A stretch of 64,000 nt of DNA from Verrucomicrobiota bacterium (GCA_039818205.1 JBCBUK010000003.1:320001-384000); one strand, 5' to 3'. Shown: positions 42,284 to 52,477, counted from the first letter of the stretch. Numbers and translations are program-made. Notes: generated from the letters alone by a model not told the origin.

Positions 42284-43384
42284 ATGACAGTGCTACCCGA
42301 CCCATTTAGACGCATTTTTAGCATTATCCTTACTGGTTGGCTCTTATTGAGTTCGGTAAGCGCGGAGTCGGGCGAAACCGCCTGGAAACCGCCCACCCCA
42401 AAGATGGACGATGAGTTTGATTGGATCGAGTTAACCTCCGGAGAGTGGCTCAAGGGCGAGTTTCGCTCGATGTACAACGAATCCGTTGAGTTCGACAGTG
42501 ATAAGCTCGGTGTGCTCACGATCGATTGGGACGATATCAACGAGATTCATTTTGCCAATCAGATGGGAGTAAGAACGGAAAACCGCGCCGTCGTCGAAGG
42601 AAAGGTCTCTATGGTCGATGGGCGGATGACCTTTGGAGACGGCGTCCAGACCCTTGAGCGAAAGCAAGTGGTAGCCATTGCGCCCCTGGCGGACAACGAA
42701 TGGGATCGGTGGAGCTTTAACGCGTTGATTGGCGCCGATTTTCAGCGGGGAAATACCGATGAGACGCGCTACACTTCGAGTCTGAGTGCCACCCGGAAGA
42801 CCGAGTCTACACGGCTCAACCTTTCGTATTTAGGCAACTACACGATTACTGACAGTATCGAGACCACCAATAACCATCGAGTCAAAGCGAACTTCGACTA
42901 CTTTTTCGATGAGCGCATGTATTTCCGTTTTGTGGACATCCAATACTATCGCGATCCGTTTCAGAACATCGACCTCGAGCTTACTGCTGGAGCTGGTGTT
43001 GGTTATCGAATCTTTGATACCAAGACCGTCGATTGGGAAGTCTTTGCTGGCCCCGCCTACCAATATACCGAGTTTAGTTCCGTCGAGCCAGGACAACGCC
43101 AGTCTTCGCAAAGCCCAGCCTTTGTCTTCAGCTCGACCTTTGATTACGAGATCACCAGCGATCTCGACTTTAAGAATAGCTACCAGCTTATCCTGACAAA
43201 CGCAGGCTCGGGCCTTTTGACCCAACACCTTGTCTCAAAGCTCGAATACGAGGTGACGACCATTTTCGACGTCTTCGTGATGCTCCAGTTTGACCGGGTA
43301 GAGGAGCCAACGCCGCGATCCGATGGAACGATCCCGGCCCAAGATGATGTTACCTTATCATTTGGGCTCGGCTTGGATATCTAG
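42284..43384 (+). CDS. DUF481-family outer-membrane protein
   Basis: DWIELTSGEWLKGE N-domain, then barrel strands (GNTD, YRDPFQNID, GAGVGYR, FGLGLDI). Start 42284 or 42272. Confidence 0.8.
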   Translation: MTVLPDPFRRIFSIILTGWLLLSSVSAESGETAWKPPTPKMDDEFDWIELTSGEWLKGEFRSMYNESVEFDSDKLGVLTIDWDDINEIHFANQMGVRTENRAVVEGKVSMVDGRMTFGDGVQTLERKQVVAIAPLADNEWDRWSFNALIGADFQRGNTDETRYTSSLSATRKTESTRLNLSYLGNYTITDSIETTNNHRVKANFDYFFDERMYFRFVDIQYYRDPFQNIDLELTAGAGVGYRIFDTKTVDWEVFAGPAYQYTEFSSVEPGQRQSSQSPAFVFSSTFDYEITSDLDFKNSYQLILTNAGSGLLTQHLVSKLEYEVTTIFDVFVMLQFDRVEEPTPRSDGTIPAQDDVTLSFGLGLDI

Positions 43385-43390
43385 GTGATA

Positions 43391-44764
43391 CTAGCGGGCA
43401 GCGACCAAGTCGTAGCCGCGCCAGTCTTGAACGGTGATCTCGGCAAATTCACCAATCGGCAAGGTCTTGTCCACAAATACGGTGCCATCAATTTCCGGAG
43501 CATCCCACTCGGTGCGTGCGACACCTGGTTCCTCAACGAGGACCTTCACGGTTCGGCCTTTCATCGACTCATTCTTTCGCTCAGCAACTCGCTGCAGTGA
43601 TGCCATGGCTTGGTTCCAGCGCTTCTTGCGAGTCATGTGATGGATGTGCCCGTCCATTTTGTCGGCGCGGGTTCCTTCCTCCTTTGAATACTCGAAAACA
43701 CCGGCGCGCTCAAACTCAGCCGATTCGATGAACTCAACTAACTCGTCATGGTCGGCTTGAGTTTCCCCGGGGAAGCCAACGATGAAGGTCGTGCGAATGG
43801 CGAGGTCAGGGATGGTTGCGCGCATGCGCTTAATGAGATCCCGAATGTAGGCGCTATCGGTCTCTCGGCGCATGAGGTTCAACATGTTGTCGGAAATATG
43901 CTGCAGCGGAACGTCAATATAGCGGGCAACCTTGGGGCATTCAGCGATGGCCTGCATCAGTTCGTCGCTCCAGTGTGCCGGGTGGGTGTAGAGCAAACGG
44001 ATCCAGAAATCCCCCTCGATCGCGTTGAGTTCGCGGATCAAGCTAGCCAGGGAATCGCCTTTGGTGGAGTCAACGGGGCTGCGCGGATTTGGGCGAGCGT
44101 CCTCCCAGCGGTCCATGCCGAAATAGGTCGTATCTTGAGAGATAAGATTTAGCTCTTTGCAACCTTGCTCAACCAACTGGCGCGCCTCTTTAACGACACT
44201 TTCGACGGTGCGGCTCCGATGACGTCCACGTATTTTGGGAATAATGCAAAATGAGCATGGGTGGTTACAGCCTTCAGCAATCTTGATGTAGGCCGAGTGA
44301 TCCGGGGTCAGGCGAAAACGGGGCGTATCGTAGTCGGGGATGTAGACGGGTTTGACGGATACGAGATCGTCTCCCTGTTCTTCGTCGGCCTTCGTTTTGC
44401 CGGTTACTTCCTCGATGATTGGAACGATATCCTTGATTTGATCGAGCCCAATGAAGGCATCGACATCGGGCATAAGCGAAGGCAGTTCTTGTTTGAACCG
44501 TTGAGACAAGCAACCTGCGACTATCAACTTCTGCTCGCCCTTGCGCCCGGCTTCCTCGCGGTCGGTGGCGGCGTCTTGGATCGCGGCGATGGACTCCCGC
44601 TTGGCGGCATCGATGAACGAGCAAGTATTGACCACGAGCACGTCTGCCAGCTCAGCATCTGGGGTGAGCGTCATGCCCGCCTCAGCGAGGTGGCCCATCA
44701 TGATTTCGGAATCAATTAAGTTCTTGGCACAGCCAAGTGAAACAAAGCCTACGGTAGTACTCAT
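43391..44764 (-). CDS. rimO: Ribosomal protein S12 methylthiotransferase RimO
   Basis: SLGCAKNLIDSE, NTCSFI, radical SAM EGCNHPCSFCIIP, APEIDG, TRAM domain. Confidence 0.96.
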   Translation of the reverse strand: MSTTVGFVSLGCAKNLIDSEIMMGHLAEAGMTLTPDAELADVLVVNTCSFIDAAKRESIAAIQDAATDREEAGRKGEQKLIVAGCLSQRFKQELPSLMPDVDAFIGLDQIKDIVPIIEEVTGKTKADEEQGDDLVSVKPVYIPDYDTPRFRLTPDHSAYIKIAEGCNHPCSFCIIPKIRGRHRSRTVESVVKEARQLVEQGCKELNLISQDTTYFGMDRWEDARPNPRSPVDSTKGDSLASLIRELNAIEGDFWIRLLYTHPAHWSDELMQAIAECPKVARYIDVPLQHISDNMLNLMRRETDSAYIRDLIKRMRATIPDLAIRTTFIVGFPGETQADHDELVEFIESAEFERAGVFEYSKEEGTRADKMDGHIHHMTRKKRWNQAMASLQRVAERKNESMKGRTVKVLVEEPGVARTEWDAPEIDGTVFVDKTLPIGEFAEITVQDWRGYDLVAAR

Positions 44765-44826
44765 GGGAAAAACGGCCTAATTAGGCGTATTTCTTCCCGT
44801 TTGGCAATCTCAAGTGCGTACCGTGG

Positions 44827-45747
44827 CTACTTCACCGGAAAGTTAATCAGGGTGACCAATTCGTTTTCGGCAGTTTTGCGCGGATCGTTCTCGTAGACCT
44901 CAAAGGGATGCATCCCCTTGTTCATCTTGAACATTTTTGCTTGCTGGCGCATATAGCCGGCCGACCAGGGATTGCCGAGGTGACGATAGGGGCCCGTGTG
45001 TTTGATCGTGTAGACTTTGCAGTCAGGCATGTTTCCACTGATTAATCCATCGGGGATTGCCTTTCCGGCCTCAACGGGGAAGCCAATGGTGTATTCAACC
45101 GTTCCCTTTCCGAAGCTCCATTCATGATAGATGGAAAATGGTTTGGTGGTCGGCTGGATACCCGCTGCGGCTAGCTTTTCATTGAGACTACTGAAATCGG
45201 CCTCCATTTTCGGGCCAACGTCTTTCATTGCGCATTGAGTGCGAATGCCAAAGTAGTGGTAGCCAGAAAATGACGTTTCGCCCAAGACTTCAAGCGAAGT
45301 AGGCACGGAACCCATCTCGATGTAGTCCTTGAGCATTTGAAGACCGCGGTCGTAATCCATCCCGATCATGCCGGTCATCATATTCTTAAAGAAGAACATG
45401 AAGAAGGGGAGTGAGCTGTTCATGATCCAACTCACTTGAGTTCCGCCCTCGGTCTCCTTGAGCTCGAACCGAACCGAAGCGGTGGACTTGAAGGGCTTGA
45501 AAAAGGTCAGTTGATAGGCGATCTTTTCGTCCGGCAGCTCCTGCTCGACCTGCATCTGACCCGCGCCAATGATCTTGCCATCCCACGAGTAGCGTTTGCC
45601 GTCGTCATCGTATTGCAATTGGCAGTCGGGCTCACAGATCAGCCAGGGAGACCACACGGGCCATTGGCGAAAATCGCGGAGACTGGCGAATACCGTACTC
45701 CGGTTGGCGTTTATCGTAACGGAACGTTCAACATTTATCTTTGGCAT
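44827..45747 (-). CDS. SRPBCC + GyrI-like effector-binding domain protein
   Basis: VERSVTINA...WSPW...DYDRGLQMLK, then HTGPYRHLGNPW, PFEVYENDP. Start ATG 45747. Confidence 0.85.
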   Translation of the reverse strand: MPKINVERSVTINANRSTVFASLRDFRQWPVWSPWLICEPDCQLQYDDDGKRYSWDGKIIGAGQMQVEQELPDEKIAYQLTFFKPFKSTASVRFELKETEGGTQVSWIMNSSLPFFMFFFKNMMTGMIGMDYDRGLQMLKDYIEMGSVPTSLEVLGETSFSGYHYFGIRTQCAMKDVGPKMEADFSSLNEKLAAAGIQPTTKPFSIYHEWSFGKGTVEYTIGFPVEAGKAIPDGLISGNMPDCKVYTIKHTGPYRHLGNPWSAGYMRQQAKMFKMNKGMHPFEVYENDPRKTAENELVTLINFPVK

Positions 45748-45883
45748 GATAGCAGTAAGATTGGGCGTTGGGTGTCCTAGCCTTTTTGGCGGCCTACTGC
45801 CAGCTAAAATGCCCGTGGGTGCGAATCTTCTGCGCTTTAGAGTTGAAGCCGCCCGGTATCGGGCTTTTGTTACGGGATTTGAC

Positions 45884-46483
45884 ATGAAAACTTTGCCCGC
45901 AATCAAGCAAGTCACTGGCCGCGCCGTGCCAGTCCCAGGAGATGATGTTGATACTGACCGGATTATTCCGGCTCGGTTTATGAAGTGTGTCACCTTCGAT
46001 GGTCTCGGCGAATTCGCGTTTTACGACGTCCGCTTCGACACCGAAGGCAACAAGAAGCCGCATTCCCTCAACGAAGAGCGCTTCCAAGGTGCGACCATTA
46101 TGATTGTCGGATCAAATTTTGGATGCGGTAGCTCGCGTGAGCACGCGCCCCAGAGTCTGCACAAATATGGTGTCCGGGCGATCATTGGCCTGAGCTTTGC
46201 GGAGATTTTCTTTGGCAATTCGACGACCTTGGGCATCCCCTGTGTCACGGTTGACCAGCAGACACAGCACATCTTGGTCGAGACCGTGGAGTCTCACCCG
46301 GAGGGTGAGCTAACGATCGACCTGGAGCGTAAGAAGCTCAAAGTGGGTCAGAATGAATTCAACCTGGACATCAACGAGAGCGCTCGCGAGTCGTTGATCG
46401 GCGCTGAGTGGGATGCGTTGGCGCTCTTAATGCGTGATCCAGACGACATCCATGGCGTGGCCGACCGCCTCCATTATGTTTAA
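45884..46483 (+). CDS. leuD: 3-isopropylmalate dehydratase small subunit
   Basis: DVDTDRIIPARF, NFGCGSSREHAP, SFAEIFFGN. Start ATG 45884. Confidence 0.95.
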   Translation: MKTLPAIKQVTGRAVPVPGDDVDTDRIIPARFMKCVTFDGLGEFAFYDVRFDTEGNKKPHSLNEERFQGATIMIVGSNFGCGSSREHAPQSLHKYGVRAIIGLSFAEIFFGNSTTLGIPCVTVDQQTQHILVETVESHPEGELTIDLERKKLKVGQNEFNLDINESARESLIGAEWDALALLMRDPDDIHGVADRLHYV

Positions 46484-46528
46484 TTAAATCGTTGCTTGCA
46501 CGCAATGTAACTTCAAGCTCCCGAATTA

Positions 46529-47116
46529 ATGACTACTATTCTGGCAGGTGCGGGCTACTTTCTGATCCCATTGGGACTGTGCTCGATTTTAGCAGTTTTC
46601 ATTTTAGCGGAGCGTTTGTTCGCCTTGCGCAGTTCGAAGATTTTGCCGAAGGCAATTGTTGATAGCTTTGTCACGGGCGAAGTCCTTGAACTCGAAGGTG
46701 ACCATGATTCAGTCGCGGGCCGAATTCTCTTTTTCTATCAGTTGAACCGTCCGGATCCCGATGCGCTCAAAGCTTTTGCCTCGCTCGAGACGGCTCGGCT
46801 CGAACGCGGTATGTTCATTCTCGATATTGTCGTCGGGGCAGCGCCATTGATTGGTCTGCTCGGAACGGTCACCGGTTTGATCGACGTATTTAGCGGCATT
46901 GATCCAGAAAGTGGTTTACCGGATCCGACTCAATTCATGCAGGGCATCGCCTTGGCGTTGACCACTACGATGCTTGGTCTATCGATCGCGATTCCCGCGC
47001 TTGTCGGTAATAGTTACCTGAGCCGCCGCGTCGATATGCTGACCGCACAGATCTTTGTCGGGGTTGAGCGGATGATCGATTTGGCCAAGGCCAAAGAGGC
47101 TCAAGGCAAGGCCTAG
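46529..47116 (+). CDS. exbB: MotA/TolQ/ExbB proton channel family protein
   Basis: APLIGLLGTVTG, GIALALTTTMLGLSIAIP. Confidence 0.88.
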   Translation: MTTILAGAGYFLIPLGLCSILAVFILAERLFALRSSKILPKAIVDSFVTGEVLELEGDHDSVAGRILFFYQLNRPDPDALKAFASLETARLERGMFILDIVVGAAPLIGLLGTVTGLIDVFSGIDPESGLPDPTQFMQGIALALTTTMLGLSIAIPALVGNSYLSRRVDMLTAQIFVGVERMIDLAKAKEAQGKA

Positions 47117-47152
47117 TATTGAATCCCGCTACCGTTCAACTGACCTAAGATC

Positions 47153-47542
47153 ATGCAACGCCGTATACGACGGAAAACCGAGATTAACATCGTTCCCTTG
47201 ATCGATGTTTTGATCGTGTTGATCTTTTTCTTCCTGATGACGATGCAGTTTCGGAACTTGAACGTTCTGAACATCACGCCACCCAAAATGGAGACCGCGG
47301 GTAAGACTGGCGAGGTCGATCAAATCGTTATTGGTATCACGACCGAAGGTGAGTTTTACCTGAACAACGAGGTCGTCACCGAAGACGACATCATTGCCGC
47401 GTTCAATGAAGCGTCGACCCAAGAAGAAAAGCCAAATATATTGGTCCAGGCAGACGAAGACGTGCCACTGAAACACGTCACCTTCGTCATGGACCAATCA
47501 CGCAAGGTTGATTTGGGCAAAGTGCGCCTGCAGGCGCGCTAA
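47153..47542 (+). CDS. exbD: Biopolymer transport protein ExbD/TolR
   Basis: INIVPLIDVLIVLIFFF, QADEDVP...VMD. Confidence 0.9.
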   Translation: MQRRIRRKTEINIVPLIDVLIVLIFFFLMTMQFRNLNVLNITPPKMETAGKTGEVDQIVIGITTEGEFYLNNEVVTEDDIIAAFNEASTQEEKPNILVQADEDVPLKHVTFVMDQSRKVDLGKVRLQAR

Positions 47543-47565
47543 TTAGCGATTGGTTTAGCCTGTCG

Positions 47566-48003
47566 CTACTTGAACTGGTTCCGAACCGATTTCAGTTGGA
47601 GTGCCCAGATGGCGTAGCCGTTGATGATGACAGTGAAGAAATTGATGCCCCAGAATAGGACGACATCGACGATGCTCATTGTTGGGAGTGCTTTGTTTCC
47701 AAAGAGCACGACTAGTAGGTTGCCTCCGTAAAAGACGACCATGACGTATGAGCAGGAAAGCGCGGCAGAACGCCACAGGGAAATCCGTCGCTTCAAGCCC
47801 CAACCGACCGCCAAGAAGGCCATCAGAAAGTTCGGCACCGGCAAGGGCGAGTAGAACAAGTTGTGAATCGTCTGCAAGAGTGCCATGCCACCAATAAAAT
47901 AGAAGGCCCAGGCGACATAGCTGAGATGGTCCCGATCCTTGAAAGCGACTTTGGCTTTTTCGGGTTCGGATGGTTGAGCAGTTTCGGTAGGTTCAGAACT
48001 CAT
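47566..48003 (-). CDS. Hypothetical membrane protein (about 4 TM helices)
   Basis: Hydrophobic ORF filling the gap. Start MSSEP at 48003 preferred. Confidence 0.65.
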   Translation of the reverse strand: MSSEPTETAQPSEPEKAKVAFKDRDHLSYVAWAFYFIGGMALLQTIHNLFYSPLPVPNFLMAFLAVGWGLKRRISLWRSAALSCSYVMVVFYGGNLLVVLFGNKALPTMSIVDVVLFWGINFFTVIINGYAIWALQLKSVRNQFK

Positions 48004-48064
48004 TCCACTAGCATGATTTAGCAACTAGCGCAGGGCGAGTAGAAATTTGCATGATACAAACGTC

Positions 48065-48757
48065 TTACAATTCCTCGTCGATGCCGACGGCTTCAACATG
48101 CCAGTCGAAATAGAGCACATGGCGTACCCTGCCATGAATCGGTTTCTCTGGCGTTTTTATGGCCCAGGGGGCAAACTTGACAAACCGGTTCTCCCGATCC
48201 GCATCCATGAGCGCCCAGGCTTGAGCCGGCACGGGAATGGAAGTGACCGTCATCGGAATTGAATCTTCCGGCTTCTTCGCGAGAAATGGATGGGTGCCCC
48301 AATAATTGATGATCTCATTCGTATCTGGATGTCGGTATTTGGTATTCGCGACATAAGTACGTGGCTCAGTTCCGATCTCATCCATTGGATAGGCTGGCGG
48401 GATCATTACCTTAACCGGCATGGGGCGGACTGCGTCTCGCGGTAGGTCAAAATAGGGGCTCAGCCAATAGGCCAGCCGTTCGCGCTCTTCGTTTTGATAG
48501 AAGGGTACCTGGCCTGGCCAGAGCGGGCCCGGCAAGGTTTGCGAGTGGTCCTGCGTGAACAACTGGATAGCGGCACCGGTTTGACGCAATGAATTGACTC
48601 CGCCGGCCCGCATCGCGGATTTGCGAGCGGTCGTCACAACCGAGGCAAGAATCCCGCTCAGAACGGCGACGATCGCGATACACACGAGTAGTTCCACGAG
48701 CGTAAAGCCAGATTTGCGTTCAAGTGAGAGCCGTAAGTTGTTTTTGCTGTACCACAT
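48065..48757 (-). CDS. Prepilin-type N-terminal cleavage/methylation protein with H-X9-DG-like C-terminus
   Basis: GFTLVELLVCIAIVAVL. C-terminal HGRVRHVLYFDWHVE. Confidence 0.9.
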   Translation of the reverse strand: MWYSKNNLRLSLERKSGFTLVELLVCIAIVAVLSGILASVVTTARKSAMRAGGVNSLRQTGAAIQLFTQDHSQTLPGPLWPGQVPFYQNEERERLAYWLSPYFDLPRDAVRPMPVKVMIPPAYPMDEIGTEPRTYVANTKYRHPDTNEIINYWGTHPFLAKKPEDSIPMTVTSIPVPAQAWALMDADRENRFVKFAPWAIKTPEKPIHGRVRHVLYFDWHVEAVGIDEEL

Positions 48758-48886
48758 AATACGATGACTCTACCATACAGCATTTTCTTGGCCTAGCTAG
48801 ACGAATGGCCAAAAAATCGTGACCGGCTTGCCGCAGATAATCGCCCGCGATGCAAACCGGTTCGTTAGATCTGTCGAATTGAAACG

Positions 48887-50323
48887 CTATTGGCTGGCCT
48901 CGAGCTGAAGAAATAGTGGGTCAGCGGTTGCTGGGACGGTCACGGTAACCTCGTCAGTTCCGCCGTCCACGTTCACCGACACGCCAGCTTCGTCGATCGT
49001 CCAATCGCCGCCTTCGAGCTGTCGGCTAGCAACGGTATCCCAGTTGGTCATGTCGCTGGACGATCTAACTTCGAGGAGTGCTCCGTCCGAGATGTTTGGC
49101 GTAAACGTGAAATCGAGGGTGCTGGTTGCGGGGCTGACCAGCGGTAGGACGTTGGTGGAAGGAACCTCGGGATCTGTTCCCAGGACGAACTCGATCAGAT
49201 TGATGACCCCATCAAGATCTGGGTCATTGCCGGGCTCCATTTCAATCGCTGGCGTTCCCGGGCTGAAAGAAGCCGCGATCCAATCTTCGTAAGGGGCGTA
49301 GGCTACGTTGGCATTATCACCGAGGTAGGGTGATGCCGAAGGGGAGGCCGACAATTCTATGGGCGGATTGGCGGTGGAGTTGGTCGCTGGATTGTAGCTG
49401 ACGGACATGTTCTGAAGGATGGTTTCAGTGAGTGCCGGATCGGGGCGTTGAAAACGAAAATAGTCGACCTGAGCAATGATATCCGGGTTGCCCGTGTTCG
49501 GCGGCGCATAGTTGAAATGATAAGAAGACTGTAGGCCGCCTGCGTTGAAGGGAGCTGCGGTGGGCCAGTCCGTGTAGGCCGTGATACCAACTTGCAGGGT
49601 ATCGCCGAATGCCGGAAAATGGTGGTCTGCATTGGGGTAGCGGTTCTCGACAATCCAGGGATCGGATTCACCATGCTTGCGGAGGCAGACAACGGTATCG
49701 CCAATCCGGATCATTTGTAGCCAGACCTCGGTTTCGTTCTGATCGATGCCGGTGGAATCGTAGTAGAGGATTGAGTTGGAGTTGCGGGTCGATTTGATCT
49801 CGAATTGTCGGGTGCCCGGATTGCCCGCAGTGCCGTAGCTGAGAAAGATATAGTTTTCAGTGTTGGGAATGTAGTCGCTGCCGAAGTCAGCCGGAGGCCA
49901 GACCGCCGAGGTTGTGTAAGGATCGGGTGCAGCCTGCGTGATGGTGCGCGGACCATGGGCAAAAATTCCCGCGAGTGAAAAACTATTGTTCGGAACTTCA
50001 GTGGGATCGCCCGGATTGTGCCGGCTAAGCACGCGCAATCGGGTGGTTGCGATGAAGTCACCGGTGACCTCTTTGAAAAACAAGAGGCCGCGCAAGTGGG
50101 CAAACCAGGTATTTGCGCCTGGGACGATGTGGAATCTTCCAGACTCGGTGGTGTCGATATTGGCGACCTCGTAGGCCGGGGCAACCCAGCCTTCGACTTC
50201 GGCCAGATCTTGCCACTTCGAGAAGGTGGATGAGTCGTTAAACTCGTCGCTGTAGGGAGCAAGATCGTCGGCCTGTAACATGCCGCAGGCCAGGCAAAGA
50301 ATGATAACAGAGAGGATTTTCAT
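48887..50323 (-). CDS. Secreted protein (ConA/beta-sandwich-like N-domain; DxDxDG-NLxEF-GTDP C-terminal module)
   Basis: Signal peptide, KEVTGDFIATTRL, QVGITAY, DPDLDGVINLIEFVLGTDP. Confidence 0.75.
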   Translation of the reverse strand: MKILSVIILCLACGMLQADDLAPYSDEFNDSSTFSKWQDLAEVEGWVAPAYEVANIDTTESGRFHIVPGANTWFAHLRGLLFFKEVTGDFIATTRLRVLSRHNPGDPTEVPNNSFSLAGIFAHGPRTITQAAPDPYTTSAVWPPADFGSDYIPNTENYIFLSYGTAGNPGTRQFEIKSTRNSNSILYYDSTGIDQNETEVWLQMIRIGDTVVCLRKHGESDPWIVENRYPNADHHFPAFGDTLQVGITAYTDWPTAAPFNAGGLQSSYHFNYAPPNTGNPDIIAQVDYFRFQRPDPALTETILQNMSVSYNPATNSTANPPIELSASPSASPYLGDNANVAYAPYEDWIAASFSPGTPAIEMEPGNDPDLDGVINLIEFVLGTDPEVPSTNVLPLVSPATSTLDFTFTPNISDGALLEVRSSSDMTNWDTVASRQLEGGDWTIDEAGVSVNVDGGTDEVTVTVPATADPLFLQLEASQ

Positions 50324-50418
50324 GGCTTATAATGAAGCCATATCCCTAGCCGAAATACCGCCATTAGGCGATCGTATAACCCAGATCAGCAGCTCTGTTC
50401 GCTGGATTTACAAGGGCT

Positions 50419-51729
50419 TTACGCCGTCAGCTCTGCCGGTATATCCGCCGTGATGACGGCCTTCATTGAGGCCAGGAGGTTATAAAGTCCGTAGTAGGCG
50501 CGGTTTAGGTATATGGCGTGCCGGGAGCCTCGGGCCGTATTGAGTCGCTTGATTTCAGGATCCTTCTGGGTGCGTTCGCTGAAGTTGTAGATTTCCTGAA
50601 CGTAGGATTCGTCGCCGAAATCGAAACGTTCCCGCTGAAAGGGTCTTGAGAGTAGCTCAATGGATTCGCGGTAGAGCTCTCGCAACAGCTCACGCTCGGT
50701 TGAGGAATCGCTCGTCTGCAATAGGCCTAGTTTATCGAGCATATTTTCGAAATGCTCGTCATCGAGCACACGGTTCATGTCGAGTAGTTGAAAATAGTCG
50801 CGATAGAAATCGTCTTCGAGCTCCTTCACACATCCAAAATCCAGGATATAGAACTGGTTGTCACCAGTTACGAGAAAGTTTCCAGGGTGGGGATCTGCGT
50901 GAAACTCGCGAAGTTCATGGACCTGAAAGTGGTAGAAATCCCACATTGCCTGACCTATGCGATTGCGTTCTTCCTGGCTTGGTTCGCTGGCGATCCACTT
51001 GTCGAGCGGCAAACCATCGATCCACTCCATGGTGAGAATCCGGGTGCTTGAGAAGTCCGCATAGTAGCTCGGGAAGTGAACGTTGGCCAGGTGACTGGAT
51101 TTGGCAGTCAGCGCCTGCGAGCGCTTGAGCTCGAGCGTATAGTCGGTTTCTTCCAGTAAGCGTTCCTCAACTTCATCAAAATAGTAATCGATCTCTTTTG
51201 AAGTCAGGCCGACGATACGCATCGCAATTGGTTTCACCAGGCGCAGGTCAGACTTGAGGCTTTCAGCGACACCTGGGTATTGGATCTTCACGGCAAAGGT
51301 CTCGCCGCCGATCGTGGCTCGATGCACCTGACCAATTGAAGCCGCGTTCACGGCTGACTTTGTAAATGTATCGAATATATCATTCGGACTTTGTCCGAAC
51401 TCTTGTTTGAAGGTTCGGACGACCAGTGGGTAGGAAAGGGGCGGGGCCGAATATTGGGCTTGAGCGAATTGCTCTTGGTAGGCTTGTGGTAAAATATTCT
51501 GATCGATGCTCAGCATCTGGGCCACCTTGAGGGGACCACCCTTGAGCTTGCTGAACGCGGAGTAGGTTTCCTCAGCAATGTCCTCGTGCAAGGCGTTGCG
51601 GTCATCCTTGCCTGTGGCAATCTTCTTGCCGTAATACTTTGCATAGCTGCCACCGATTTTGGCGCCGGTCTTCACGAGAGAAGCGGCACGGGTCAGCTTG
51701 TGTTTGGGGATCGATCGTTGTTCCTTCAT
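50419..51729 (-). CDS. AarF/ABC1/UbiB atypical kinase
   Basis: LKGGPLKVAQMLS, AASIGQVHRA, AVKIQYPG, HADPHPGNF, LDFGC. Confidence 0.93.
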   Translation of the reverse strand: MKEQRSIPKHKLTRAASLVKTGAKIGGSYAKYYGKKIATGKDDRNALHEDIAEETYSAFSKLKGGPLKVAQMLSIDQNILPQAYQEQFAQAQYSAPPLSYPLVVRTFKQEFGQSPNDIFDTFTKSAVNAASIGQVHRATIGGETFAVKIQYPGVAESLKSDLRLVKPIAMRIVGLTSKEIDYYFDEVEERLLEETDYTLELKRSQALTAKSSHLANVHFPSYYADFSSTRILTMEWIDGLPLDKWIASEPSQEERNRIGQAMWDFYHFQVHELREFHADPHPGNFLVTGDNQFYILDFGCVKELEDDFYRDYFQLLDMNRVLDDEHFENMLDKLGLLQTSDSSTERELLRELYRESIELLSRPFQRERFDFGDESYVQEIYNFSERTQKDPEIKRLNTARGSRHAIYLNRAYYGLYNLLASMKAVITADIPAELTA

Positions 51730-51743
51730 GGGTCGCCTATCAA

Positions 51744-52397
51744 CTAGTTGGATTTCCGGTCGCCGGCCAGAAACCGAACGAGATCAAAGGCGCTATCAAT
51801 CACCTGTGCTCCGATTAGATCGAAACCTAGCGCAATCGATTTCTCAATGAGGGCGTCGGTTCTTTGGAACTGAGCGCTCTCATCCTTGAGCCAATAATCG
51901 ATGATAAACAACAGTTGGGCGTAGACTAAATTGGGGTAGCTGTCATTCAAACGGCCGCGCTCGGGGATTTCCTTTGAGCCCTTGGCCTGGTCCAAAACTG
52001 GCTTGATGTAGTCAGTGAAGGCCTTCCGGAACTTGCACATGTAACCGGGAGCACCAACGAGCATCACTCCTGGAAAGCGGAGCAGGAGGAAGGAACGGTT
52101 GTCCAGAGCGACCTCCAAGAAGGTGTAGTAGAAGGCAGCTAGCTTTTGCTGTGCTGGATATTCAGGATAATCAGCGTCAGCGTCGAGCGTCGCAACCGTG
52201 TCGCTGACCATGCCTTTCCAGATTTCGCCTTCCAGTGCATCGAATGACGCAAAGTGTTGATAGAAAGCTTTTTCCCCCATACCCTGATCTTTGGCGAAGC
52301 GAAAGACACTTTTGGGGGCCTCACCGTGTTCCAACAGGTAATCCACGTAGGCTTCAATCCAATCGGCAGGAGACTTACTGGCAGCTTTTTTCGGCAT
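51744..52397 (-). CDS. TetR-like transcriptional regulator
   Basis: PKSVFRFAK...EKAFYQHFASF HTH. C-terminal YWLKDES.QFQRTDALIEKS. 14 nt from the AarF gene. Confidence 0.8.
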   Translation of the reverse strand: MPKKAASKSPADWIEAYVDYLLEHGEAPKSVFRFAKDQGMGEKAFYQHFASFDALEGEIWKGMVSDTVATLDADADYPEYPAQQKLAAFYYTFLEVALDNRSFLLLRFPGVMLVGAPGYMCKFRKAFTDYIKPVLDQAKGSKEIPERGRLNDSYPNLVYAQLLFIIDYWLKDESAQFQRTDALIEKSIALGFDLIGAQVIDSAFDLVRFLAGDRKSN

Positions 52398-52477
52398 GTT
52401 CGTAGCATAGCCAATGAGGGCTAGAACACAAGCGACGAGGGACGAAATCTAGGAAAAGTGAACTGAATTGTGATATA

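Noticed and set aside
45596..45993. Apparent overlap of long leuD and SRPBCC ORFs
   Set aside because: Disappears with starts at 45884 and 45747; ordinary divergent genes.
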